From positions 1,016-65,015 of the forward strand of contig MGJK01000020.1 in assembly GCA_001794215.1 (NCBI GenBank): a DNA stretch of 64,000 nucleotides. Direction: 5' to 3'. The translations under genes were made by a program, and so were the position numbers. The notes below the pieces were generated by a model. That model was not told where the DNA came from, ran no database searches, and saw nothing but the letters and a program-made list of their open reading frames with translations. The stretch comes from Candidatus Yanofskybacteria bacterium RIFCSPHIGHO2_01_FULL_44_24 (GTDB lineage Bacteria; Patescibacteriota; Minisyncoccia; 2-02-FULL-40-12; GWA2-44-9). This document shows positions 37,501 to 46,826 of this stretch, piece by piece (positions within the stretch are counted from its first letter, which is position 1; each line of letters starts with the position of its first letter).

Positions 37501-40500
37501 TATTTTCTGACTCCCACCCAAATCTTTTTCTGCGGAGCCAATTCTAATTCTTTTTCTACATCGTATGCCTTAGTTCCGGTCTGACCGGCGATAAACTCTT
37601 TTAATAAAACCTCTTTCTTAATCTCCTCGGCCCATTGATTAACCGCCGCCGCCACGTCTTGGTCGTCTGAATGCCATCGGCTGAAAACTTTTTCATCCAG
37701 TCTGTATTTGGCTTCCTTTCGCATATCTTGCATCTGCCTGATCAACTCCCTCACATAACCTTCATGGATAAGCGCCGGATCAAGATCAAAATCAAGCGCA
37801 ATCTCCGCTTCTTGTTTTCTATTGTAGGCTAATTTCTTCACATTTAACTCGTCCTCAATCAAAACCTCGATGTCCTTCTGAAACTTGCCGCTTCTTTTGA
37901 TACTCGCCGAACGAATAGGCTGACGAACTTTCACCTGTTTTTCTTTTCTCAGAGCCAACCCCGCAGCCACAACATTTCGAGCTTCATCCATCTCAGCCTC
38001 CAATTTGAGGTTTATGGATTTCTTATCGGCCGATAGCCAATCGTGGAGGTGTACGCTTAAGGTTCCTGCTTTATAGCCACGATGCATTCTCCTATGGATA
38101 TCTTCGGCAAGAAAAGGAGCAAAAGGGGCTAAGATCTTGGATAAATCCAAAAGTAAAGACCTCAAAAGAACGAGGGCTTCTTTTCTTTTTCGGGAGCGTC
38201 TCAACCACCAATTAGACAGATCTTCGACGACAAATTTCTCCAGACTCCTTGAGGCCGAAGTCGGATCATACTTATCTAAATCAGACGTAACTTGGTCAAC
38301 CAAACCATTGAATTTAGAGAGCATCCATTTGTCTAATAGGTTAGAACTTGAGGCGAACGATTTGTAACTGGAGACTTCTTGCGAGTAAAGTTCGTAAAAT
38401 CTTACACAATTTTGCAAAGTAAATATAAACCCTTTAAGGCGGTCTTGGGCGCTCTTTTTACTTACGACTATGGATTCGCCTAAGGTGCTGGCGGTGTAGA
38501 AATACCAGCGAGTTGCGTCCACTCCGACTAAATCCATTATCTCATCAGGCCTGACCACATTGCCCAAAGATTTGGACATCTTCTTGCCATGCTCATCGAG
38601 GGCATGGCCGTTAACCATAACATTTCTGTAAGGAATCCCTTTGCCAAGCAATGTTGATATGGCCAATAAAGTGTAAAACCAGCCCCGAGTTTGATCGATG
38701 CCTTCTATGATGTAATCTGCCGGAAACTGATCTTTGAATGTTTTTGTATTTTCAAAAGGCCAGTGCCATTGGGCGTAAGGCATCGCTCCGGAATCAAACC
38801 AGACATCGATAAGGTCAGGAACTTTTTTCATAACTGCTCCGCATTTCTGACACTTGATGGAAATTTTATCGATAAATGGCCGATGAAGATCTAATTCTCC
38901 ATATTCATTTCGAGGAAGTGATTTCCATTCTAACGGTTCGAGCGAAGCCAAAGGAGGATACCAGCCTTTTTGCCTGTTTTCCAAAATTTCTTTTTGATCT
39001 TTTCCGGAGGCCATATTGTACAGGAGCCAAAGAGGATCTCCGTGTCCGACGATAAGTATCCGCTTTCCCGAATATTTAGATTCCAGATCGTTAATGAAAT
39101 CCTCCGTCCTCTTTCTGACATCGTTCCAGCTTTCTCCGTCGGGATGAGTTTTAAAATTAAAATCTGGTCTTAGGTCTTTAACCGGACAAAGCCTGTGGGC
39201 TTTGTCCTCGCAGCTTACGCCGTGAACTATTTCTGCAAGCCTTTGATCTTCTTCTACTTTCACATGGATTAGTCTGCCGATAATTTCTGCCGTTTCTTTG
39301 GTACGCATGAAAGGAGAGGTGAAAATGATATCCGCCCCGCCCTTTCGGTCAAGTTCTTTGGCGGCCTTTTCAACCTGCTTTTTCCCAATCGAAGTAAGCA
39401 GGTACTTGTCTGATTTCAACACGGAACTGATTATCATTTTCCCCGATTCATCCCGAGTAGTACTGCCGTGCCGAATAATATAGTATGTATTTTTCCGGCC
39501 TATCGCCCTGCTTTCAATTTCCTTAACCGAACCCAAAACTTCATGGCTCTGGCACTTTACACATTCCCAAACCGGCAACGGAGTACCCCAGTACCGTTCC
39601 CGGGAAAAAGCCCAATCCTTTCCTTCTTTGAGCCACTGGCCGAATCTCCCCTCTTTTATATGCTCGGGAATCCAATTAACCTTGGAGTTATCCTTGATCA
39701 GCTGATCCCGGACTGCCGATATTTTTATAAACCAGGAGCTCTTGGCGTAATAAAGGAGCGGGGAATGGCATCGCCAGCAGAACGGATAATCATGCTCGTA
39801 CTCCTCTTCTTTCAAAAGAGCGTTTTTTGCCTTGAGACTGTCCATTATTTTCTGGGTGGTTTTTTCTTCGGTCGGCTTGTCTTTGTGTTTTACGATCATC
39901 CCGTCAAAGTCCTTCCCCACGCCGGTGAATCTCCCCTGCTCATCAACAGTATGAAATTTGGGCAGGCCTAATTTTGTTCCAAGGACATAATCGTCTTCTC
40001 CGTACATCACGGCCGTATGGACCACGCCCGTACCGTCATCGGTAGAAACAAAATCAGCTTCATAAACTTTATAGGAAGTTTTTGATTTCAGCTCTTTGAT
40101 ATCGAAAAGGGGCTCGTACTCTAAACCAACCAGGTCGCTGCCCTTGAATTTGGAGTCGTGAATTTTCAATCCAGGATCGGCCCTGAAAACTTTCTCAACT
40201 AAATCCGAGGCGAGAATATATCTCTCCCCCTCTTTCTCGACAACTGCATATTCGATGTCCTTGCCCACCGCTAAAGCAACGTTACCCGGAAGCGTCCAGG
40301 GCGTGGTTGTCCAAGCCAGAATATAAGTCATTGCCGGAGACAACTCCTTAATTTTTAGTTTTAAATTTTTAATTTTAAACTTAATAATAACCGACCTGTC
40401 TTTTACTTTTTCATATCCCTGAGCAACCTCATGCGAAGAAAGCGGAGTTCCGCATCTGACGCAAAAAGGCAGAACCTTATGGGCGCGGTACAGTAGCTTT

Positions 40501-40985
40501 TTTTTCCAAATTTGCTGAATGATATACCAGAGAGTTTCTATATAATTATTCTCATAAGTTATATAGGGGTCTTTCATGTCAAGCCAAAAACCCATTTTCC
40601 GGGTCATGGCCTCCCATTCTTCTTTGTATTTCCATACGCTTTCTCTGGCTTTCTTGTTGAATTTCTCGATTCCATAGTTCTCGATGTCTTTTTTGCTTTT
40701 GAACCCAAGTTCTTTCTCGATTTCGATTTCAACCGGCAAACCATGAGTATCCCAGCCCGCCTTTCTTAAAACAAAAAATCCCCGCATAGTTTTATAGCGG
40801 CAATACAGGTCCTTATAAACCCGAGTCAAAAAGTGTCCGATATGAGCCCTCCCGTTAGCAGTCGGCGGTCCTTCAAAAAAAACGAACCTCTTGCCCTTCC
40901 GGCGCAGATCTAAAGACTTTTTAAAAATATCGTTTTTATGCCAAAAATCGAGTGTTTCCGACTCAACTCTCTTGAAATCATACAT
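37500..40985 (-). CDS. ileS: Isoleucyl-tRNA synthetase carrying an inserted histidine-phosphatase (PGAM-like) domain
   Basis: HIGH (PPTANGRAHIGH), the editing-domain TTTPWTLP motif, WFDSG and KMSKS. Residues ~500-695 (nt ~38901-39488) read YYIIRHGSTTRDESGKM ... SPFMRTKETAEII ... ILIVGHGDPLWLL, the RHG / second-His pattern of the His_Phos_1 superfamily. They sit between the CxxC zinc motifs. Confidence 0.9.
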   Translation of the reverse strand: MYDFKRVESETLDFWHKNDIFKKSLDLRRKGKRFVFFEGPPTANGRAHIGHFLTRVYKDLYCRYKTMRGFFVLRKAGWDTHGLPVEIEIEKELGFKSKKDIENYGIEKFNKKARESVWKYKEEWEAMTRKMGFWLDMKDPYITYENNYIETLWYIIQQIWKKKLLYRAHKVLPFCVRCGTPLSSHEVAQGYEKVKDRSVIIKFKIKNLKLKIKELSPAMTYILAWTTTPWTLPGNVALAVGKDIEYAVVEKEGERYILASDLVEKVFRADPGLKIHDSKFKGSDLVGLEYEPLFDIKELKSKTSYKVYEADFVSTDDGTGVVHTAVMYGEDDYVLGTKLGLPKFHTVDEQGRFTGVGKDFDGMIVKHKDKPTEEKTTQKIMDSLKAKNALLKEEEYEHDYPFCWRCHSPLLYYAKSSWFIKISAVRDQLIKDNSKVNWIPEHIKEGRFGQWLKEGKDWAFSRERYWGTPLPVWECVKCQSHEVLGSVKEIESRAIGRKNTYYIIRHGSTTRDESGKMIISSVLKSDKYLLTSIGKKQVEKAAKELDRKGGADIIFTSPFMRTKETAEIIGRLIHVKVEEDQRLAEIVHGVSCEDKAHRLCPVKDLRPDFNFKTHPDGESWNDVRKRTEDFINDLESKYSGKRILIVGHGDPLWLLYNMASGKDQKEILENRQKGWYPPLASLEPLEWKSLPRNEYGELDLHRPFIDKISIKCQKCGAVMKKVPDLIDVWFDSGAMPYAQWHWPFENTKTFKDQFPADYIIEGIDQTRGWFYTLLAISTLLGKGIPYRNVMVNGHALDEHGKKMSKSLGNVVRPDEIMDLVGVDATRWYFYTASTLGESIVVSKKSAQDRLKGFIFTLQNCVRFYELYSQEVSSYKSFASSSNLLDKWMLSKFNGLVDQVTSDLDKYDPTSASRSLEKFVVEDLSNWWLRRSRKRKEALVLLRSLLLDLSKILAPFAPFLAEDIHRRMHRGYKAGTLSVHLHDWLSADKKSINLKLEAEMDEARNVVAAGLALRKEKQVKVRQPIRSASIKRSGKFQKDIEVLIEDELNVKKLAYNRKQEAEIALDFDLDPALIHEGYVRELIRQMQDMRKEAKYRLDEKVFSRWHSDDQDVAAAVNQWAEEIKKEVLLKEFIAGQTGTKAYDVEKELELAPQKKIWVGVRK

Positions 40986-41056
40986 TCCGCCATTATAGCT
41001 GAACTTGAGCCAAAATTCAATTTGAAAAAAGAGCCTTTTTGTGTTAAATTATTTGA

Positions 41057-41509
41057 ATGAAGAGAGCGTTATTGTATCTATCTCTCCTTTTCGCCTCAAA
41101 TGTGGTCAGCATGTACTATAGCCTCTACATCAAGTGGTGGTGGTTTGACGCGGTACAGCATTTTTTAGGAGGATTTTTCATAGCCATGCTGATAGCCTCT
41201 TACTTAAAGGACCATATGGTTTCCGGCAAAACATTTAAGAATATGCTGGTTGTCACAGGCGCTACAGCCCTCATAGGAGTATTCTGGGAATTCACCGAGT
41301 ATACGGCCAACCAAACATTGCCCGGCTGGATTTATGAGCAATTTCAAATAAAAACCTACTTCATCGGCGATCTAAAAGACACCCTGTCTGACTTATTTCT
41401 CGATATAGCAGGGGCCGCGTGCTTTTACGGCCTACATCTTCTCAACCGCAGAAATTCCCATGAGTCCAAGGCAGTTTTTGAGAACAAGATCAACGGCCCA
41501 ACAAAGTAA
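41057..41509 (+). CDS. small membrane protein, possibly VanZ-like
   Basis: Four hydrophobic segments; IGDLKDTLSDLFLDIAGA resembles the VanZ family. It overlaps the argS 3' end by 78 nt in a convergent arrangement. Confidence 0.3.
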   Translation: MKRALLYLSLLFASNVVSMYYSLYIKWWWFDAVQHFLGGFFIAMLIASYLKDHMVSGKTFKNMLVVTGATALIGVFWEFTEYTANQTLPGWIYEQFQIKTYFIGDLKDTLSDLFLDIAGAACFYGLHLLNRRNSHESKAVFENKINGPTK

Positions 41510-43051
41510 AAGCCGCGCCTCTTCGAGTTTTTTGTTATCATGCATAACTCGGTGTTTTTCGTAAAAATTGTGGAAATCCCCCGCCAGCTCGAATGCGTAC
41601 TGGGCTAATTGGTGAATCTGATAAGTCTCGGAGACTTCCTCGATCAACTCCGGAAATTTGGACATCTTTCTCATCAACCCCAGCTCTTCTTTCTCTTTGA
41701 GCAAACCCGCATCTGCCCTTTTTATGACTCCGGACTCCCGGCTCTCCTGAGATTTATTGAATATGCTGTTCAGTCTGGCAGAGGCGTATTGAATATAGAA
41801 TACGGGGTTTTTCTTGGACTGCTCCTCGGCCAAATCGATATCAAAATCCATATGCGTACTCAAGTCCTTGGCCATAAAAAAGAACCTGATTGCATCCCGG
41901 CCGACTTCTTTCAGCAAGTCAGAGAGCAAAACGAACTCTCCTTTTCTTTTGGACATTCTCTGGAATTCATCTTGTTTTTTTATCAAAACCAACTGATGAA
42001 GAAGAACTTTGAGCTTATCGGGACTGAAGCCCAACGCCTCCGATCCGGCTAAGAGCCTCGGCACATCGCCATGATGATCGGCTCCCCAGATATTGATAGC
42101 CCGATCAAAGCCTCTTTTGAATTTATTTTTAGTATAAGCGATGTCGTTCATCAGATAGGACGTGGATCGGTCGCTTTTGACCAAGACGGCTTCTTTATCG
42201 CCGCCGAACACCAGCCAAATCGCCCCGTCTTTTTCTTTGGTATGGCCCGCCTTTTTCAGATCACTAAGAACTGCCGCCACCTCTCCTGATTCATGCAGTT
42301 TACTTTCCGAAAACCAAACATCAAATTTTACACCTAAATCACCCAAAGAGCTCCGAGCCGAATCTATGAATTTTTGAGTTGCATACTTACGGCATTTATC
42401 CGCCACCTCATCGAAGTTTTCATCGGGACCGATCAGATTACTTTCTTTTATCTCTTTAGCTGCCTGAATAATATATTCCCCTTGATAAAGATTTTCTTCG
42501 AAATCAATATCCTTGCCCTTTAATTGAAGGTAGCGCTTGGCAACCGATTCCCCCAAAGTTCGGATCTGAACACCGACATCATTGATGTAGTACTCTTTTG
42601 TAACTTGGTAGCCGGCCTTTTTCAGAACATTCCCAAGCGCATCACCGAAAGATGCCGCCCTTATATTGGCGACGGTCAAAGGGCCGGTCGGATTAGCCGA
42701 TACGAATTCGAGGTTGATCTTAAAATTCTTTTCCTTGGCCGAACCGAAGCCATCTTTTTCTTGAACTATTTTTAAAAGTTCTCTATGCAAAAAGCTCTCC
42801 GATAAAAAGAAGTTGATAAAACCTCCGGCCGGCTCTATCTTCTCGAAATATTTATTGAGTTCGGTATCTCGCGAAAACTGATCCGCCATTTGGCGGGCCA
42901 TATCTTCGGGGTTCTTCTTCTCTTTTTTGGCCACAATAAAAGCCAGGTTGACCGAATAGTCTCCCATATTCGGGTCGGGAGGGATAAGAATGCCGAAATC
43001 TGCTCCAGGATATTCCCGAGAAATTATCTGTCTGATTAGATGTTTAACCAT
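41432..43051 (-). CDS. argS: Arginyl-tRNA synthetase
   Basis: N-terminal Add-1 domain, class I ANPTGPLTVANIRAASFGD, and a DALR anticodon-binding C-terminus. Confidence 0.9.
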   Translation of the reverse strand: MVKHLIRQIISREYPGADFGILIPPDPNMGDYSVNLAFIVAKKEKKNPEDMARQMADQFSRDTELNKYFEKIEPAGGFINFFLSESFLHRELLKIVQEKDGFGSAKEKNFKINLEFVSANPTGPLTVANIRAASFGDALGNVLKKAGYQVTKEYYINDVGVQIRTLGESVAKRYLQLKGKDIDFEENLYQGEYIIQAAKEIKESNLIGPDENFDEVADKCRKYATQKFIDSARSSLGDLGVKFDVWFSESKLHESGEVAAVLSDLKKAGHTKEKDGAIWLVFGGDKEAVLVKSDRSTSYLMNDIAYTKNKFKRGFDRAINIWGADHHGDVPRLLAGSEALGFSPDKLKVLLHQLVLIKKQDEFQRMSKRKGEFVLLSDLLKEVGRDAIRFFFMAKDLSTHMDFDIDLAEEQSKKNPVFYIQYASARLNSIFNKSQESRESGVIKRADAGLLKEKEELGLMRKMSKFPELIEEVSETYQIHQLAQYAFELAGDFHNFYEKHRVMHDNKKLEEARLLLCWAVDLVLKNCLGLMGISAVEKM

Positions 43052-43093
43052 TATAAATACTATACATGAAAAACGGCAAAATAAAAAAGGCGG

Positions 43094-43522
43094 TTAACGC
43101 CTTTCCCCCCTCGGGGCATTGTCAATAAACGACTGAAGCATTTTCTTCTGCCGCCCCGAAAGACTGTTATAAAAGCAGGCTTCCCATTCCAAAATTCTTA
43201 ATTCACCGTATCTAAAAAATTTATCGGGGTTTTTAATCTTAGCTAAATCTTTTTTGGGTCTTGATCTTGCTTCGTCGTCTAATAATTCGTCCAAAAGAAC
43301 ATGGCCAATCTCGTGTACCAAAATCTTCGCGTGGGCATGCCTTCTGTCCAAATATATAACCTCGTCTTCAAGGTCAACGCAGCCCCAATAACTCCTTTCG
43401 TCTTTATTTTTAGACTTCCTGAAATCAGTCACAACAACCTTCCAGGCACTGTTGCTCAGAAATAACATAGCCCTTTGAAACCACCAGTCCCTAAACGGTG
43501 CATGACTTTTGGATCTGGCCAC
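43094..43522 (-). CDS. Small HExxH zinc metallopeptidase-like protein
   Basis: ILVHEIGHVLLDEL motif. Confidence 0.4.
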   Translation of the reverse strand: MARSKSHAPFRDWWFQRAMLFLSNSAWKVVVTDFRKSKNKDERSYWGCVDLEDEVIYLDRRHAHAKILVHEIGHVLLDELLDDEARSRPKKDLAKIKNPDKFFRYGELRILEWEACFYNSLSGRQKKMLQSFIDNAPRGERR

Positions 43523-43574
43523 CGTACAGCCTCTTTAAATATCAAGAGTCTGCCCCTATATTAACTGAATAATC

Positions 43575-44183
43575 CTAAATGTAAAACCGCCACAATTTAT
43601 GTCGCCACGCTCCGGCGTAGTCAACTCCTATGCGCTTTCCCTTTTTGATCTGGCCCGGTTTCACTTCCTCTCCGCCTTCCTCGATCCATAACTCTTTAAC
43701 TTTACAGATGTCGACTCCATTCAAATGCTTGTCGATTTTTAATTCCCGACAAATAATCCCCGGACCTTTTAATTGCAAGTTCAAATCTGTTTTAAATTTA
43801 GAATTTCTAATTTTCGGTCTTTGTTTAGTATTTAGTGCTTCGAATTTCGGATTTATTATTTCTGCCTTGCGGATTAGAACCGCGGCTGGGTATCCTTCTT
43901 TCTCGGTTACGACATTAAGGCAGTGATACATACCGTAAATCATATAAACATAGGCATGGCCCGGCGGTCCAAACATAATTTTTGTCCTTGAGGTCAATCC
44001 CCGGGAAGCGTGGCTGGCTTTATCCTTAAACCCGCAATAAGCTTCGGTTTCAGTAATCTTCGCTCTAATCAGATTTCCTCCTATGCGCCTAACCAAGTAT
44101 TTACCCAATAATTGGCGGGCGACGACAACGGTGGACCTATTGAAGAACGAGGTTTTTAATCGTATACTGTATTTATAATTCAA
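43575..44183 (-). CDS. mpg: DNA-3-methyladenine glycosylase (AAG/Mpg family)
   Basis: ARQLLGKYLVRR...ITETEAYCGFKDKASHASRGLTSRTKIMFGPPGHAYVYMIYGMYHCLNVV. Contains an AT-rich in-frame insert of about 30 aa, encoded at 43786-43870. Confidence 0.8.
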   Translation of the reverse strand: MNYKYSIRLKTSFFNRSTVVVARQLLGKYLVRRIGGNLIRAKITETEAYCGFKDKASHASRGLTSRTKIMFGPPGHAYVYMIYGMYHCLNVVTEKEGYPAAVLIRKAEIINPKFEALNTKQRPKIRNSKFKTDLNLQLKGPGIICRELKIDKHLNGVDICKVKELWIEEGGEEVKPGQIKKGKRIGVDYAGAWRHKLWRFYI

Positions 44184-44277
44184 AAGGTAAATTTCAAAAT
44201 GGAAAATGACGGAGTAAAATCATTAAATTTAAATTTTACATTGTCATTTTGATTTTTGAATTTTAAATTTTTCACTC

Positions 44278-45318
44278 ATGATGAATAGCGTTGAATACGA
44301 TAAATTAGCAATCGATGCGGTCAAAAAAGTCGCTCCTTCGGTCGTCAGTATTGTTATATCAAAATATATGCCTAAGATTAAGGGCATATATCCCGCTCCG
44401 TTCTTTAATCCTTTTATGTACGGGGAGGTTGAGGGCGGAGAAAAGGAAAAGGTCAAAGTCGGAGGCGGATCAGGCTTTATCGTCCACCCCGACGGATTAG
44501 TTCTTACGAACAAGCATGTCGTTTTCGATCCCGACTCCGAATACACGGTCTTGACCATGGATGGAAGCGAATATCAGGGCAAGGTCATTTCCCGCGATCC
44601 CATCAATGATATTGCCGTTTTGAAAATAAATGCCAAGGGTCTACCGGCGGTAAGGTTGGGAAATTCGGTAAAACTTGAACTCGGCCAAACCGTGATAGCC
44701 ATAGGCAATGCTTTGGGGCTTTTTTCAAATACCGTTTCCAAGGGCATCATTTCGGGACTTTCAAGAAAAATTTCCGCTTCACTGGGAACAGGCGGACAGA
44801 TGGAGCATCTCCGAGGAGTTCTCCAGACTGATGTTGCGATTAATCAGGGAAATTCGGGCGGTCCGCTCATAAACCTCGATGGCGAAGTAATCGGAATCAA
44901 TACTGCCATAATTTTCGGCGCTCAGAATATAGGCTTTTCCATTCCGATCAACTGGGCTAAGCAGGATTTGGAAGATATCATCAAGCACGGCCGAATCATC
45001 AAGCCGTTTATCGGTCTGCAATATGTGATGCTCAGCAAAGAACTGCAGAAAAAATACTCTTTGCCGGTTGAGTACGGAGCTTTGGTCGTCAGGGATCATA
45101 TCCCCAATTCAGTGGCAGTCGTTCCTGGTTCTCCGGCCGACAAAGCGGGCGTACAAGAAAATGACATAATTCTTGCGTTAAACGGGGAGAAGCTGACCGA
45201 AGACAAGGACTTGAGCGACAAGCTTCAGGGTTTCAAGGTGGGCGAAGAGATCGATATGTCTGTTTTGAGAAAAAGTGAAAATCTTTCGTTGAAAGCTCGT
45301 CTCGAGGAAAGAAAGTAG
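44278..45318 (+). CDS. htrA: HtrA/DegP-family serine protease with a PDZ domain
   Basis: Catalytic triad context TNKHVV / DIAVLKI / GNSGGPL, plus a C-terminal PDZ domain. Confidence 0.85.
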   Translation: MMNSVEYDKLAIDAVKKVAPSVVSIVISKYMPKIKGIYPAPFFNPFMYGEVEGGEKEKVKVGGGSGFIVHPDGLVLTNKHVVFDPDSEYTVLTMDGSEYQGKVISRDPINDIAVLKINAKGLPAVRLGNSVKLELGQTVIAIGNALGLFSNTVSKGIISGLSRKISASLGTGGQMEHLRGVLQTDVAINQGNSGGPLINLDGEVIGINTAIIFGAQNIGFSIPINWAKQDLEDIIKHGRIIKPFIGLQYVMLSKELQKKYSLPVEYGALVVRDHIPNSVAVVPGSPADKAGVQENDIILALNGEKLTEDKDLSDKLQGFKVGEEIDMSVLRKSENLSLKARLEERK

Positions 45319-45370
45319 ATCTCTCTACCTAATCTATTATCAAGACCATAATTGACATCACGTATTAAAG

Positions 45371-45568
45371 ATGCTACCGTATAAAAACGGCTGGAGCCGG
45401 GAGGGGAAAATGAGCGAACACTATAAGGAAATCTGTCGAGATTGCGAAACAGTCATCAGTCAGTGCCGCTGTGCCGGACCCAAAACCATCCGCCTAGGTC
45501 TATGCCAAAACCGCAAGACTTGCCGAAAGAGAAAGAACGCTCTCAAATTTGTCGCACTGCAAAAATAA
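45371..45568 (+). CDS. small Cys-rich (zinc-ribbon-like) protein
   Basis: CRDCETVISQCRCAGPKTIRLGLCQNRKTC. The start may be MSEHYKE at 45410. Followed by the terminator AGCCTGCtttttGCGGGCT + T7 at 45583-45610. Confidence 0.3.
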   Translation: MLPYKNGWSREGKMSEHYKEICRDCETVISQCRCAGPKTIRLGLCQNRKTCRKRKNALKFVALQK

Positions 45569-45639
45569 CCCGGACTACACGCTACCAGCCTGCTTTTTGC
45601 GGGCTTTTTTATTGCTACAAAACAGGATAGTATTGACCT

Positions 45640-46083
45640 ATGAGCGAATACGCTAATAACCCGAAAGCTAACTTTGATTATGAGATCCTCGAAACAATCG
45701 AGGCCGGCATTGTATTGACCGGACAGGAGGTAAAATCGATTAAAAATGGAATGGCGTCGATCAGGGGTTCCTACGTCAAAATAATCAACGAGGAGCCTTT
45801 TCTGATAGGATCTGCGATCCCTCCCTATCAAGCCGCCAACGCCCCGCCCGATTACGAACCGCAAAGATCAAGGAAACTATTAATGTCGAAGAGGCAGATA
45901 GCCTCGCTTATCGGGACATCGAAAGCTCACGGCCTCACCCTCGTACCCCTAAAACTCTACGGTAAAAAAGGCTTCGTAAAACTTCTTGTCGGAGTTGCCA
46001 GAGGTAAGAAAAAATACGATAAGCGCGAAACAATAAAAAAGAAGGACATAGCCCGCGCTAAACAGAGAGGACTCGGGGTTTAG
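45640..46083 (+). CDS. smpB: SsrA-binding protein SmpB
   Basis: NFDYEILETIEAGIVLTGQEVKSIK...YVKIINEEPFL is the SmpB family pattern. The C-terminal tail is basic. Confidence 0.9.
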   Translation: MSEYANNPKANFDYEILETIEAGIVLTGQEVKSIKNGMASIRGSYVKIINEEPFLIGSAIPPYQAANAPPDYEPQRSRKLLMSKRQIASLIGTSKAHGLTLVPLKLYGKKGFVKLLVGVARGKKKYDKRETIKKKDIARAKQRGLGV

Positions 46084-46211
46084 CGCGGCAGAAAGGGATC
46101 GGGAAAACACAATTGTTTTCCCGGAGCGGAAGAATTGAAACCGAGGGGTTTCAAGGAGGGAAGCTCCGTCGCGGCGGAGCGAACGACGATCAATACAAAG
46201 AAGTGTAGAAA

Positions 46212-46232
46212 TTTAAAATCCCGCTTAGCGGG
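46212..46232 (-). terminator. Terminator AAATCCCGCttaGCGGGATTT + T-run (minus strand)
   Basis: Perfect 9-bp stem, followed by TTTTAAATTT on the minus strand after the 46235 stop. Confidence 0.55.
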
Positions 46233-46234
46233 AT

Positions 46235-46681
46235 TTAGTTTAAATCAAGCGTGAGCTCTTTCGGGCCGTCGAAGGTATCGAGAGTCATTTTCACTCCGGT
46301 CGGTTTTCCAGTCGAGTCGTAAACAGCCATAAAAACCGGCGACTTATTTTTATCCTTGGCAACATGCCATTTTCCATTAACCTTGATGGCAAAGCGACGG
46401 TCTGCGTCACTGGCGCCGAAAACCATAGCTACTTCCGACCCCCTCCATAGGAGAGTGTTGGCATACATCTTCTCCGTATCGTTGTAGTAAAACTTGGCAC
46501 TGGTCTGGAGATCCGCCTGCTGGTTGTTGGTCTGGACAGAAACTAACACACCGCTCTCACCCTCAAACTTCCAATTCTTACTCGTCAAATCAGGGACTGT
46601 GGGATTGACTGGCGTCTGACCAAAGCAACTCGTCACAAATACAAGCGACAGGACCAAGGAAAGGGTTGCGATTCTGCGCAT
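46235..46681 (-). CDS. Lipoprotein, hypothetical
   Basis: MRRIATLSLVLSLVFVTSC lipobox. The track ORF extends to 46750. Confidence 0.45.
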   Translation of the reverse strand: MRRIATLSLVLSLVFVTSCFGQTPVNPTVPDLTSKNWKFEGESGVLVSVQTNNQQADLQTSAKFYYNDTEKMYANTLLWRGSEVAMVFGASDADRRFAIKVNGKWHVAKDKNKSPVFMAVYDSTGKPTGVKMTLDTFDGPKELTLDLN

Positions 46682-46826
46682 CTTTTTATTCTCTCTTTTT
46701 CTGATTTCAATGAGCTCCTTAAGTGTCGCAAATATGATTATTGAAGTCAATATATCGTATAGGCCTCTCTATATACAGCTAATGAGGGATTTTGACTGAA
46801 GTAGGGCCATTTAGTACATTTACCCT

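Noticed and set aside
44244-44558. 104-aa minus-strand ORF
   Set aside because: It is antisense to the well-supported HtrA N-terminus and has no motif support.
46084-46211. Possible small RNA after smpB, where ssrA often sits
   Set aside because: The real tmRNA is at 48605-48970. This 130-nt stretch is explained by two terminator hairpins: GGGAAAACAcaatTGTTTTCCC for smpB, and AAATCCCGCttaGCGGGATTT for the minus-strand lipoprotein gene.
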